From positions 1,240,001-1,304,000 of the forward strand of contig JBNJNM010000011.1 in NCBI GenBank assembly GCA_052426225.1: 64,000 nt of DNA, given 5' to 3'. Below the pieces are notes generated by a model. It had not been told where the DNA came from and made no database searches. It was given only the letters and a program-made list of their open reading frames with translations. Below, piece after piece: positions 34,832 through 45,074 of this stretch. The first letter of the stretch is position 1; each line of letters begins with the position of its first letter. This DNA is from Zancudomyces culisetae HAW-14-8. Its lineage: Eukaryota; Fungi; Kickxellomycota. The translations under genes were made by a program, and so were the position numbers.

Positions 34832-35928
34832 ATAGATGGATGGACGGGTGTTTTATAAATATGAATATGGATATGACATTCTGAAGTACCTGTATTTCAT
34901 TTCCTGCCACTATTTATAATCTTCTCGATCTGATTCTTAGCTAATATAGTGATATTTTTGTATGTGAAATAATATTACTTTGTTTTTTTAACAACTGAAT
35001 AAAAAAAAACTGTTGTATGTTTGACTAAGCTGGCTCAAGAGAGAGAAATATCGAATGTAAAGCCAATATTCTCAAACCAGATCTTGCGAGGGACAAAAGA
35101 CCATGAACCGACGGTTCTTCCCTGTTACTCTGGTGCTTACACCCCCTAGTCAAACACCAATACATCTGTATTTACAAGCATTTGGTAGAAACTCGTGTGT
35201 ACATGTTAATTTCTACTGGCTGGGAATGGAGGTAAGGTTAGAGAATTTGAATCTAGTGCCTATTTAACGAGGCTCTGTATATGTCGTGAAGCACGAGCCC
35301 TTACTTTAACTGTGAGTACAAATTTACAAACTATTGATATCGTGTTTTTCATTGCTGATGGCACACAAACTAATCTAACATAGCTTTGTTAAGATATGGT
35401 GCACCAGTATCTTTTCATTCATTGATGTTTATATGTATCTACAGAACCTGTTTCTCCAATAAAATGAATTGAAAATTACGGAGGATCTTCAGTTGTTAAG
35501 TATAATTCTTGCTAGAGAAAGCCTTTGTTTACAAATACATATTTTAGCCAATAATTTATTCTATACCAAATCAACTGGTTTATTTTTATTGTAAACAACA
35601 AAGTATCAGAATTATCCAGTCCATTTCAACCAAAAATAGCCTGAAAAGAAAGGGATAGAAAAAAAAGGGTGTAAACAAGGACAAGGAGGAGAGAAGAAAT
35701 AAAATAAACAAAAATCATCCTTTTTATTTTTGCGAAATTTATATCATTAATAGGGAAACATTGCTGACAAACTCAAGCTATTCCTCTTTTACTCTATATT
35801 AACTAAACTATATTGTACAAATACCAACAGCAATCACTAAATACCAAACTAGTGTTAAAAACGTACCAGAACTCCGACACTAATCTCAATCGTTTTACAG
35901 CCTCAAACTAAACAGCGCCGCTGCTAAA

Positions 35929-38900
35929 ATGTCACAAAATAATAACCAGGATCCTGTAAGAAACAACGAGATAGCCGACAGCGCTATGGAGGACCAAGAT
36001 ACCCAGGGATCCAACGGTGGAAATTTGTACCAGACTCAGGAGGACTCACAGGTGTCTACAATGCCACCACCAGCATTTGGAGCAACCAGACCAACAAATC
36101 GAGCACGTAATAACAATATCCCCAGCTCGTCATCGCCACGGCTTCGGTTTAGCGATCTTCCCAGCACACCTGCAGCGGGGCTCAATTTGAGTAGCAGTGT
36201 GTTCACTCCTCAAAGCCAGCACAGAATATCCCATTCTGGAGCTGCAAATAGCGATTCAGACAGACTTTTTAGCCAACTCAGTTCAAGCAGCAACTCTGTT
36301 TCCTCCAGCCAGAGTCGAAGACGAAGAGGAGACTTGAGATCAAAAACATTTACGCTAGAGGGGTTGACACCAAGCCAGGATGTAACGACCAAAGAGGGGT
36401 ATCAAAGGATTGGGGAAGGCGCTAAGGGTGTGACTAATGATAGTGATGTGTTCAAACGAGCGGGCCACGAAGTTGTTTTCAGCTCGGAAAATGTAGGACA
36501 GAAACAAGACAAGCAGCTGGAGGATATGGAGACAATGGAAACAGAGAACCCACAGGAAATGAGAGTAATCTGGGGGACAATGATAAATATCAGAGACGTG
36601 ATGAATGTCTTTAGGGATTTCTTGCGAAACTTTACAATGAAACACTTTAAGGACTGGGAAAAAATAATTCTTGAGAGAACAAGGGCGGAGGCAGACGTAA
36701 TAGGCGAGTTGATAGAAGATTTAGATATGGAGACAGACGAAGAGCTTACTAGACCGTATTATCCAGTTCTCTTTAGCAGAATGAAGGAGATGGAGGTATG
36801 GCAACTTAACCTGGATGCTCAACATCTGTTGGCATATCCCAAAACAAGAAAGCTTTACAGACAATTGATAAGCTACCCAGAGGAAGTCATTCCAATAATG
36901 GACCACATAATTTCGGATGAGTATATGCAGCAGTATCCCGAAGAACAGTATGATGTGGATAACTTTGAACTCAAAGTAAGACCATGCAACTTAGTGGAGA
37001 CCAAAAATATGAGAGAACTTGACCCAGGGGATATGGACAAACTTGTGTGCATCAAAGGAATGCTTGTTCGAGCCACTTCGGTTATTCCAGATATGGAGCA
37101 AGGATTTTTCAAGTGTTTACACTGCGACTGGACAACAATGGTCTCCCTTGAGAACGGAATTATCCAGGAGCCTACAAGATGTGGGAATGTTGATTGTGGG
37201 GCGAATGGCACTATGGAGTTGATTCATAATCGCTGCGTTTTTACGGATAAGCAGATCTGCAAGTTGCAAGAAACGCCAGATGTCATCCCAGACGGCCAAA
37301 CGCCTCATACGGTGTCGCTGGTGCTGCATGATGAGCTAGTGGATAGTATTAGGCCGGGAGATAGATTGGAAATAGTTGGAGTGTTTCGTGGGGTTCCTGT
37401 GCGTCCAAAATCTAGAAACCGCACCATTTTGGCGCTCTATAGAACCTATATTGACGTAGTGCACTTGCGACGCACCGCAGCAATTCAAATACAGCCAGAT
37501 ATTCTAGAAGAGTCCGGAGGTGCAGGTGATACAGGTATGAGTGCAGAAGCTGCACAATTTGCTGATATGCAGGTGGCTGGAGTGGGTGGTCCAGGGGATG
37601 CATTTGACTACAAAGCTGGTCCCGATCAAGCTCTAAATGCATCCGAGGAAAGCGAATTCCGAAAGTTGTCTTCTGACCCGCGATTGATAGAAATTTTGTC
37701 TCACTCGCTGGCTCCTAGTATTTTTCAGATGGACGAGGTCAAAAAGGGCTTGTTGTTGCAGTTGTTTGGTGGTGAAAGAAAGCATCTAAGGCGCTCAGGC
37801 GCACCCCGTAGTCGTGGTGATATCCACGTACTTCTAATAGGAGATCCAGGTGTTTCAAAGTCTCAGTTGCTGAGTGCAGTTCACAAACTTTCTCCCCGTG
37901 GGATATATACATCTGGAAAGGGCAGTAGTGCCGTTGGTCTGACTGCATATATTACTCGAGACCCTGATACCAGAGACTTGGTTTTGGAATCCGGTGCTCT
38001 TGTGCTATCTGATGGTGGCATTTGCTGTATCGATGAGTTTGATAAAATGTCTGACGCCACTCGTTCCATTCTTCACGAAGCTATGGAGCAGCAAACTGTT
38101 TCAATAGCCAAGGCCGGGATTATTGCCACTTTAAATGCCCGTACGGCAATTTTGGCTGCTGCAAATCCTATAGACTCCAAATGGAACCGACAAATGAGCA
38201 TTGTTGAAAATATCAACTTGCCACACTCTCTGGTGTCCCGTTTTGATTTGATATATATCCTGTTGGACAACGTGCAGGAATCCCAAGACCGTCGTTTGGC
38301 TCGCCACATAGTGTCACTGTACATCGACCCTACCCTTTCCACGGCAGATTCTCTTTCCGAATCCACACCTACCATATCCACACACAAACTTGCCCGCTAC
38401 GTCAACTACGCCAGAAAATATATTCGCCCTGTAATCTCCGACGAAGCCGCCAATGCACTTGTTTCTTCTTACGTCGAACTGCGTAAAATGGGTCGCGACT
38501 CGTCCTCATTCTCCGCTCCCAATAACCGTGTGACTGCCACAGCGAGACAGCTTGAATCAATTATCCGGCTGTCAGAGGCCCATGCTCGAATGCGACTCAG
38601 CAACTCTGTAGATGTTAACGACGTCATGATTGCTACTTCCTTGATGCGCGAAGCCCTGCGTGAAAGTGCCACTGACCCCAGAACTGGTCTGATTGATCTT
38701 GACCTCCTCAACACCGGGTTCGCCGCAAGCGACCGTCGTCAACTCGAAGCCATCAAGGCAGAGATTAAAAAGATGTTGGCCGAGTCGGGTGCTGGTTTGC
38801 GCGGTGCTTCTTCTTCATCAGGCGGAGGTGGTGGAGGCTTTGACGACTCTACCACAAACATGTTTACATATCAATCCTTGTTTGATAAGCTAAATACTCA

Positions 38901-39045
38901 AAGTTCAGTCCCTGTGGGTAACAGATTATTTGGCCAAGTCATCCGCGAGCTTCAGACTGAGGGATTCATCCAGTATTCTGGATCTGGAAGGTCAGCCAAA
39001 CTTATCCCCAAACAATCATCTACAAACGTACTTGCTGATTTTTAA
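35929..39045 (+). CDS. MCM4: DNA replication licensing factor MCM4 (Cdc54/Cdc21)
   Basis: S/T-P-rich N-tail, VIWGT, Zn finger, KLQETPD..PDGQTPH, Walker A GDPGVSKSQ, LVLESGALVLSDGG, CCIDEFDKM, SRFD arginine finger, ATDPRTGLIDLDLL. Confidence 0.97.
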   Translation: MSQNNNQDPVRNNEIADSAMEDQDTQGSNGGNLYQTQEDSQVSTMPPPAFGATRPTNRARNNNIPSSSSPRLRFSDLPSTPAAGLNLSSSVFTPQSQHRISHSGAANSDSDRLFSQLSSSSNSVSSSQSRRRRGDLRSKTFTLEGLTPSQDVTTKEGYQRIGEGAKGVTNDSDVFKRAGHEVVFSSENVGQKQDKQLEDMETMETENPQEMRVIWGTMINIRDVMNVFRDFLRNFTMKHFKDWEKIILERTRAEADVIGELIEDLDMETDEELTRPYYPVLFSRMKEMEVWQLNLDAQHLLAYPKTRKLYRQLISYPEEVIPIMDHIISDEYMQQYPEEQYDVDNFELKVRPCNLVETKNMRELDPGDMDKLVCIKGMLVRATSVIPDMEQGFFKCLHCDWTTMVSLENGIIQEPTRCGNVDCGANGTMELIHNRCVFTDKQICKLQETPDVIPDGQTPHTVSLVLHDELVDSIRPGDRLEIVGVFRGVPVRPKSRNRTILALYRTYIDVVHLRRTAAIQIQPDILEESGGAGDTGMSAEAAQFADMQVAGVGGPGDAFDYKAGPDQALNASEESEFRKLSSDPRLIEILSHSLAPSIFQMDEVKKGLLLQLFGGERKHLRRSGAPRSRGDIHVLLIGDPGVSKSQLLSAVHKLSPRGIYTSGKGSSAVGLTAYITRDPDTRDLVLESGALVLSDGGICCIDEFDKMSDATRSILHEAMEQQTVSIAKAGIIATLNARTAILAAANPIDSKWNRQMSIVENINLPHSLVSRFDLIYILLDNVQESQDRRLARHIVSLYIDPTLSTADSLSESTPTISTHKLARYVNYARKYIRPVISDEAANALVSSYVELRKMGRDSSSFSAPNNRVTATARQLESIIRLSEAHARMRLSNSVDVNDVMIATSLMREALRESATDPRTGLIDLDLLNTGFAASDRRQLEAIKAEIKKMLAESGAGLRGASSSSGGGGGGFDDSTTNMFTYQSLFDKLNTQSSVPVGNRLFGQVIRELQTEGFIQYSGSGRSAKLIPKQSSTNVLADF

Positions 39046-39658
39046 TGAACTTTTTGGTATTCTCACAGCTATTAGCTTTGAGCATGTTTATTATTGATTG
39101 TTTAGTATTTTATTGATCTAATGTTAACTTTGTATTCCATCTTTATAAATATAATCATCACAACAAAGAGATTGTTGAGTTCAACTGTAGAATAGATGAT
39201 AGTGTCATTAACTGCGCACTATGGGTATGCACAAAGTCATTTTTTGAAGATTCAATAGAGTGTGATACATTTTCTTTCAAAACGGGTCATGGAGTAAACT
39301 GAAGGCTAATATAAAAATAAACAATATTATTATTAACTAAACTCGACCAAAGATATTCTTTTTCTTTCTTTTTCCGGGAGTGTGGTTGGGGGTGTTGTGG
39401 TCGTAAAATTACTGAAATACTAAAAAACAAAATAAACAAAATAAACAAAATAATGATTAGGGCTAATAAACATTTTCAGAACCAGTGTTATTTGTATGCT
39501 GCCAGGGTCCTTTTTTTTTAAGGTTTCACTTTGAACAAGTTTTTCTTGCAGATCTGGTATTCGGCGTCGATTAATAAGTTCCTGCCTTTGTGTGTCGATA
39601 TAACGTGTTCAGATCGGGTTTTGCTCAGCTTCTACCATATTCTAAACCATTAGTGCCT

Positions 39659-40744
39659 TTAGCTGCTAGGTTTAACTTCAAACTCCCTTGGTCTAGCGAT
39701 ATTTGTATCTGATTGTTTGATATAATGACCAGGTGATACATGTACACATGTACCATTCAGTTTCGCAATCCTTGCAGACCGTCTTAGTGTACAAACCCCA
39801 GAAGATTTAGCCTGCCTAACTTTTCTTTTTTCCGCTCTGAGATTTGTGTATTTGCTTTCATTGTCGCTAGAAATGATGACTTTTTCTCCTCGCCGATAGC
39901 CCGGACTATATTCTACAAGTGTTCTTGCATTTTGAAGCTCTTCAGCTCTTGTATTCTCTCCTTTGCAAGTTGCACTACGTTCAGACCTTCTGAACGCATA
40001 AGAGGAAGCATTTCCGTTTACACCATCCGAAAGCATTATAACGGTGTATGTGTCATAAAGGAGTCTTCTAGTGGGCCGACTTTTTGAGCCAAGTGTAGAT
40101 TGATTTCGATCTGGTAACCAAAGTTTCTGTTCACACAAGCTATTATCAATCTCATTATGGATATTCTTCTGCAGCGCAGCTGGGTAGACAGTGGTATCAG
40201 AGGCAGAATACTCAACATTATTGCCGCTTGGTTGGCTTTTGGCAGCATTTTCTGCGATAGAAAATGTACCTTGCTTTTCACATTTTACTAAATCTGACTT
40301 GTCAACACTTTGCTGTTTGCTCTCTGTTGCAACTGTGCTTTTATCGCATGTGCTCTTGTACTCGGCATAATCATTAATGATAAATGCTAGTGCACATTTA
40401 TTGACATGATCTGAGCGTGGGGTACTTTCGGTATCTGTAAACCATGTGCTTCTGCTAAACCCAAACGGTACTGAATGCTTTTTTTTGATTCTAAAGTTCA
40501 CAGATTGCCAAAAGGAATCAGGGCTAATAGGCAATATATCTTGTGCACCTGACTGACATTGATACTCAGTGTTTATATCCGGACTGTTGTATGCGTTTTT
40601 TCTAGACCACTCAATGGGTTTTGGTGGGAATACACTGGCAGACGCATGATTATACTTTGCAATTTTGGTAAACCTTTTTTTTCCATCACTTTCAGGTGTA
40701 GATGGGCAAATGTGCTTGTTATTTAATATGAATTTTAGATCCAT
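39659..40744 (-). CDS. Hypothetical disordered protein (~361 aa from the MDLKFILN ATG)
   Basis: Long open frame; first ATG at 40744; LRRSARIA basic motif; no family recognised. Confidence 0.6.
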   Translation of the reverse strand: MDLKFILNNKHICPSTPESDGKKRFTKIAKYNHASASVFPPKPIEWSRKNAYNSPDINTEYQCQSGAQDILPISPDSFWQSVNFRIKKKHSVPFGFSRSTWFTDTESTPRSDHVNKCALAFIINDYAEYKSTCDKSTVATESKQQSVDKSDLVKCEKQGTFSIAENAAKSQPSGNNVEYSASDTTVYPAALQKNIHNEIDNSLCEQKLWLPDRNQSTLGSKSRPTRRLLYDTYTVIMLSDGVNGNASSYAFRRSERSATCKGENTRAEELQNARTLVEYSPGYRRGEKVIISSDNESKYTNLRAEKRKVRQAKSSGVCTLRRSARIAKLNGTCVHVSPGHYIKQSDTNIARPREFEVKPSS

Positions 40745-42264
40745 TATTGTTTTCTTTCTGGTGGGTATTAGTCTGGATACGGATTGTTTTAATTTCGAGA
40801 AATTTTTTGTACTGCTAAAACCTATACGTTTAAAATGCACACTTGTTACAAATACTCAACTTGAAATTGGCTAATTTGGATAGTAGGCTGCTTAATACCT
40901 TTATGATTTGCGGTGCCCAAATACTGGTTATCTTTTTGCTCGCTCTTACCACTGTTCTATTCTAGATACTTATGTGGTTTTCTCAAATAGTGCTAGAGTT
41001 TAACTTTGCTTCTAATGAATAGGTGTACTTTTTGTGTCGAAACAGTGTTAAACTTTATTTTATATAGTTTAGTAGATTTTCAGAAGCGGATAAGATTAGG
41101 GATCTAAATGCCACATAGAAAAGACGAGGGCGGCAATACGTGGACAAATATTTACTTATATACTCATCTAGATTAATTAACTTGAACGGAAACAAATAAA
41201 AGGAATAAAAGAGTACTAATGCAATCAAAGGAGTGGTAGCTATTTTTTCTCTATTGTTAGCTCTTGAAAGTATCAGAAACGGTCAGAAAGGCTTTGGGGT
41301 AAGCTGTTTAACTACTATTTTTTTTTTTGCTGTTAAGAGTTTTTTTTGATACATAGTCAAGATGGTGGATGCAAATTCTGGTAGAATATGGATTATCTAG
41401 TTTGAAATAATAATAGTAATTTTTTAACTATTAAAAATCCAGATAGATCAAAGAAATGTAATAGTAGAGTGCTTGAGCAACAATACTTCAGGTGAATATA
41501 ATAGAAATCATAATATATTTTTACACCACAACTCACAACTTAATTTAACTAGCACTGTGTTTTAATGGTTCTGAGTCATCGCACGAGTAAATCAGGATTA
41601 CAATCTAAGATGTAATTAAATCTCATAAAGCTATATGTATCTTGAAAATTGATCACCATTTATAACTACTTTTAATTTTGTAGTAGTAATAGATTTTTCT
41701 GCTATAAGTTATAATGGGTGTTAATAAAATGGTTTGTAATCATGTGTTTTTTCAGAAAAAGAAGCATTTAAAGACAAAGTGATGACAGGTGTGATCAATA
41801 TATAGTATTCCCCTCATCTTGGTGTTAATCTGCAGATTTTATATTTGTTTTTCTTCTTGAAAAAAAGGAGATCAGAAATAGTGGGGTAGAAGTAGTTAGT
41901 AGTTAGTTAATGATTTGCCAGGAGTTATTTGCATCACAAACGTACAATTGACTCCATATGATTTGGGGAACTATGAGATTAATTGAGAAGAATAAAAAAT
42001 TAACTCATTTCCTTAAACAATTTGGTGAGTTTGTTTTGTCGAGTCAACAAATTCATATTGATAACCAAAAATAAAAATAAAATGACAGAAAGAGTGTATA
42101 ACATCACATTGTTTCTTTATTATAACACTATTATTTAATGCATTTTTTATCAAATAATATCAAAAGTTTTAAAGTTCAAACACATAAAACTACAAAAAAA
42201 AACTAAGCAAAATCATAAAATTTAGTTTTAGATTATATATATACAAAAAGCCTAACAAGAAAAT

Positions 42265-42336
42265 TCTCGGATAGTATAGTGGTCAGTATCCCAGTCTGTC
42301 ACATTGGAGACCCGGGTTCAATTCCCGGTCCGAGAG
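42265..42336 (+). tRNA. tRNA-Asp (anticodon GTC)
   Basis: Acceptor stem TCTCGGA/TCCGAGA, D-arm TAGTATAGTGGTCAGTAT, anticodon arm CCAGT-CT-GTC-AC-ATTGG, T-arm CCGGG-TTCAATT-CCCGG; 72 nt. Confidence 0.97.
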
Positions 42337-42343
42337 TTGTATT

Positions 42344-42415
42344 TCCGATATGGTCCAGTGGCTAGGATTTCTCGCTTTCACCGAGACGGCCGGGGTTCGA
42401 TTCCCCGTATCGGAG
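42344..42415 (+). tRNA. tRNA-Glu (anticodon TTC)
   Basis: Acceptor stem TCCGATA/TATCGGA, anticodon arm TCTCG-CT-TTC-AC-CGAGA, T-arm CGGGG-TTCGATT-CCCCG; 72 nt. Confidence 0.97.
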
Positions 42416-42419
42416 TGTC

Positions 42420-42430
42420 TTTTTGCTTTT
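42420..42430 (+). terminator. RNA polymerase III terminator (T5 then T4)
   Basis: TTTTTGCTTTT begins 5 nt after tRNA-Glu; there is no T4+ run between the two tRNAs. Confidence 0.75.
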
Positions 42431-42895
42431 CAAAGATTTATTTTGTATAATCTTTTGTCAATTCTCATTTATTGCAGAATAGCAAAAGCTCGAATGAAGA
42501 ATATCACTGTCAGCCATTGTGGTTCAAAAGAAGATTTTTTTTATTGAAAGTAGAAATCTGTGGACTAAACGACACAGGCGGTGTGTACGCTGTTTATATC
42601 GAAACACAGCCACCTTTATTTTTTTTAATCTGTAAATATGTGTTTAATTTTGCTTGCTACTCATTTACCACTCACCACCCACACTTAACCCCTTACTCTA
42701 TTTCTAAGTTGTTTCAATATAGTGAGATACAAAATACCTTACTAGCGAGTGAATATCAAATCGTTTTTCAATATTATTTACAAATAGATTACAGAAGTGT
42801 ACCCATCGAATACAAATACTACAGGTGTATGCTTATACGTATAAAAAAAAACTAATTATACACCAACAAATAGGTTAAAAAAGTTATTAAAAATT

Positions 42896-43960
42896 CTAAA
42901 ACAGTAAAGCTAACATTGATGATAAGAGCATCACTAATATGAATCCAGTGTTTTGCAAAATAGTCGGGGTAGAATTCGAGCCACTAAAATTCCCATTGGT
43001 TAGTATACCAGTAATTGTTGAGTATTCAGGCGAGGTCCGAGCGGTTGTATTTAATAAGTACGGCTTTTCAAGCCCTGTGACACTTACAATCCAGTCAATG
43101 TAGCTGTATACATGGGTATAATAATTCATCACAGCATCTTCTGGACGAATAGTAACACTACTCTTAGATTTACCTACAGTATTTGCAATACCAACAATTA
43201 AACTAACTCTATTGTTTATGAACGCCAACGGGTTTCCACCACCATCATATACCAAACCTTTGCCATCCTTTACCAGTGTACAGACTATATTTTTGTTGTT
43301 GTCCGACCAGTTGACATTGGCGTCTTTACAAACACTTGAAGAAGAAGGTGATTGCGTAGCTGTGTTCAGTATATCACTAGGTACACCCGATATCCCAGTC
43401 GAAGTGGAGCCCCAACCTGCTGTGACCAAACTCATATCATCCGTTATATTTCCACTGTATATCGCTACTGGTGTGGCAGTATCTTTTGGTACTGGATAAT
43501 CTAGTTTGATAATCGCTATGTCGTTTTCCAATGTCACAGTAGAAAAGCTAGGATGAAAATGCACTAAGTGTGCTCCGAAAAATGGAAGATCCATGTGCCT
43601 TGATACTCCACTATCAATGTAAAGTCTTATATTATCATAATATCGCATCAATTCACCTTTCTCGTCTAAAAAACAGCTAGCTGCAGTTACTGCTGTTTGA
43701 TTGGATAATAGTGAGGCACTACAACTTCTGGAACCAAACCGCATGGGTATCATCAAGTGTTTCAAATATGAAAAGTTTTCTCTGTTTGCTGGTTCCCCTT
43801 TTAGGATTCTCGCATTGTCAATTACATTACTTGCTCCGTTCTGTGAAATAATAGTATTTGAATCTACACTATCAACTAAGGCAGCATGTACACTAGCAAT
43901 ACCCCCAAGTGATAGAGCTGCAATAATATGTTTACAAAATGATTTCTTGTTTAATTTCAT
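42896..43960 (-). CDS. Secreted, probably GPI-anchored trypsin-like (S1A) serine protease homolog, catalytically inactive
   Basis: Signal peptide, R|ILKG activation-like site, C.ASLL..AVTAASC, ENDIAIIKL, TAGWGST, YDGGGNPL, YYTHVYSYIDWI, S/T-rich linker and hydrophobic C-tail. Confidence 0.9.
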   Translation of the reverse strand: MKLNKKSFCKHIIAALSLGGIASVHAALVDSVDSNTIISQNGASNVIDNARILKGEPANRENFSYLKHLMIPMRFGSRSCSASLLSNQTAVTAASCFLDEKGELMRYYDNIRLYIDSGVSRHMDLPFFGAHLVHFHPSFSTVTLENDIAIIKLDYPVPKDTATPVAIYSGNITDDMSLVTAGWGSTSTGISGVPSDILNTATQSPSSSSVCKDANVNWSDNNKNIVCTLVKDGKGLVYDGGGNPLAFINNRVSLIVGIANTVGKSKSSVTIRPEDAVMNYYTHVYSYIDWIVSVTGLEKPYLLNTTARTSPEYSTITGILTNGNFSGSNSTPTILQNTGFILVMLLSSMLALLF

Positions 43961-44533
43961 TATATTATATATTTAACCTTCTATCTGTTGATTTTTAATA
44001 CCAAGACAGGAAAAAGCGTATTCGATATCTTAAAGATAAAATAATGTGGATTTGAGATTACAGCGAAAAAGCTGTTCAGTTTATATATTTATTTACTACA
44101 TGGTCATAAGTGGAATCCATTCAAGATAGCTGAGCTTAAAAGCAGAAAGAAGTAAAACTTTAAATTGTTTGTACTAATGAATACTGTAACTCCTTTTCCA
44201 GAATTGCTAAATCATGTTTACCAACATTTTTATTCACACAATTAGTAATATTGGACGCGTATTTTATTTTTTTGCAATTTCATCAACCAAACCGCAATTT
44301 CAATGTAATTTTGGTGTAGATTGCATAATACACAATTTGTATGTTATTTGTGAGTAGTTTATGTAGAATATAGTAAACACGTTCTTTTTTGTTAAACCAA
44401 GGTAGTAAATATCTGTTAATTAAAACTACAAAAAGGGCAAGAATTTTTTGATCGACAAGTTAATTAGATAAATACCACGTAAAGCTACAAAAAAGGTAAT
44501 ATTTTTTTTAATCAATGACTCTATTAAATAAAT

Positions 44534-44778
44534 ATCACATAAAATTTAAAAAAAGTAGTCCCACACAACATCTACCTAACCAATTCTCCTCCGCCCCTCT
44601 AGAGACTCCATAACTCACCATATGTTCATTCAAGGATATTGGTTCTGCTCTGAGTCGATCTAAGATTTTTATCCTAACCCGATAGACGCTATCCAATGAT
44701 CTCGCTGTTCCCAGCTCAACCAAGAATACTAATTCGGTTTCTCTATTCTTAACAGAGAGATAAACCAGCCTTTGTAAC
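44534..44778 (-). repeat. Dispersed ~245-bp repeat, copy 2 (inverted relative to 17914-18157)
   Basis: Direct sequence comparison; the short ORFs at 17868 and 44535 share near-identical translations. Confidence 0.93.
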
Positions 44779-45074
44779 CCCCACCCTCCCCCCCCTCTCC
44801 AAAGAACCTTTCATTTTTTAAAAAATAAAACCAAGGTGGTAACTTCTAGATAGGGAGCCTACTGCAGGATTTTTTAGGTTTGGTGCAATATTGCCATCAT
44901 TGGTTGTATAACTATCTCTTTACTTAAATTATTAATAAATTATAGTACTTTTAAATGTGTAAATAATATATAGACTAAATAGAACTTTTTGGGTATATCA
45001 AGATGAGGGCGGAAGGATCATCATCGTTCAAAGGTGATCCAGATAACCAAGACTAGCCTAGAACAAAAAAAAAC

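Noticed and set aside
42350-42547. 65-aa ORF MVQWLGFLAF...
   Set aside because: It is a translation of the tRNA-Glu gene.
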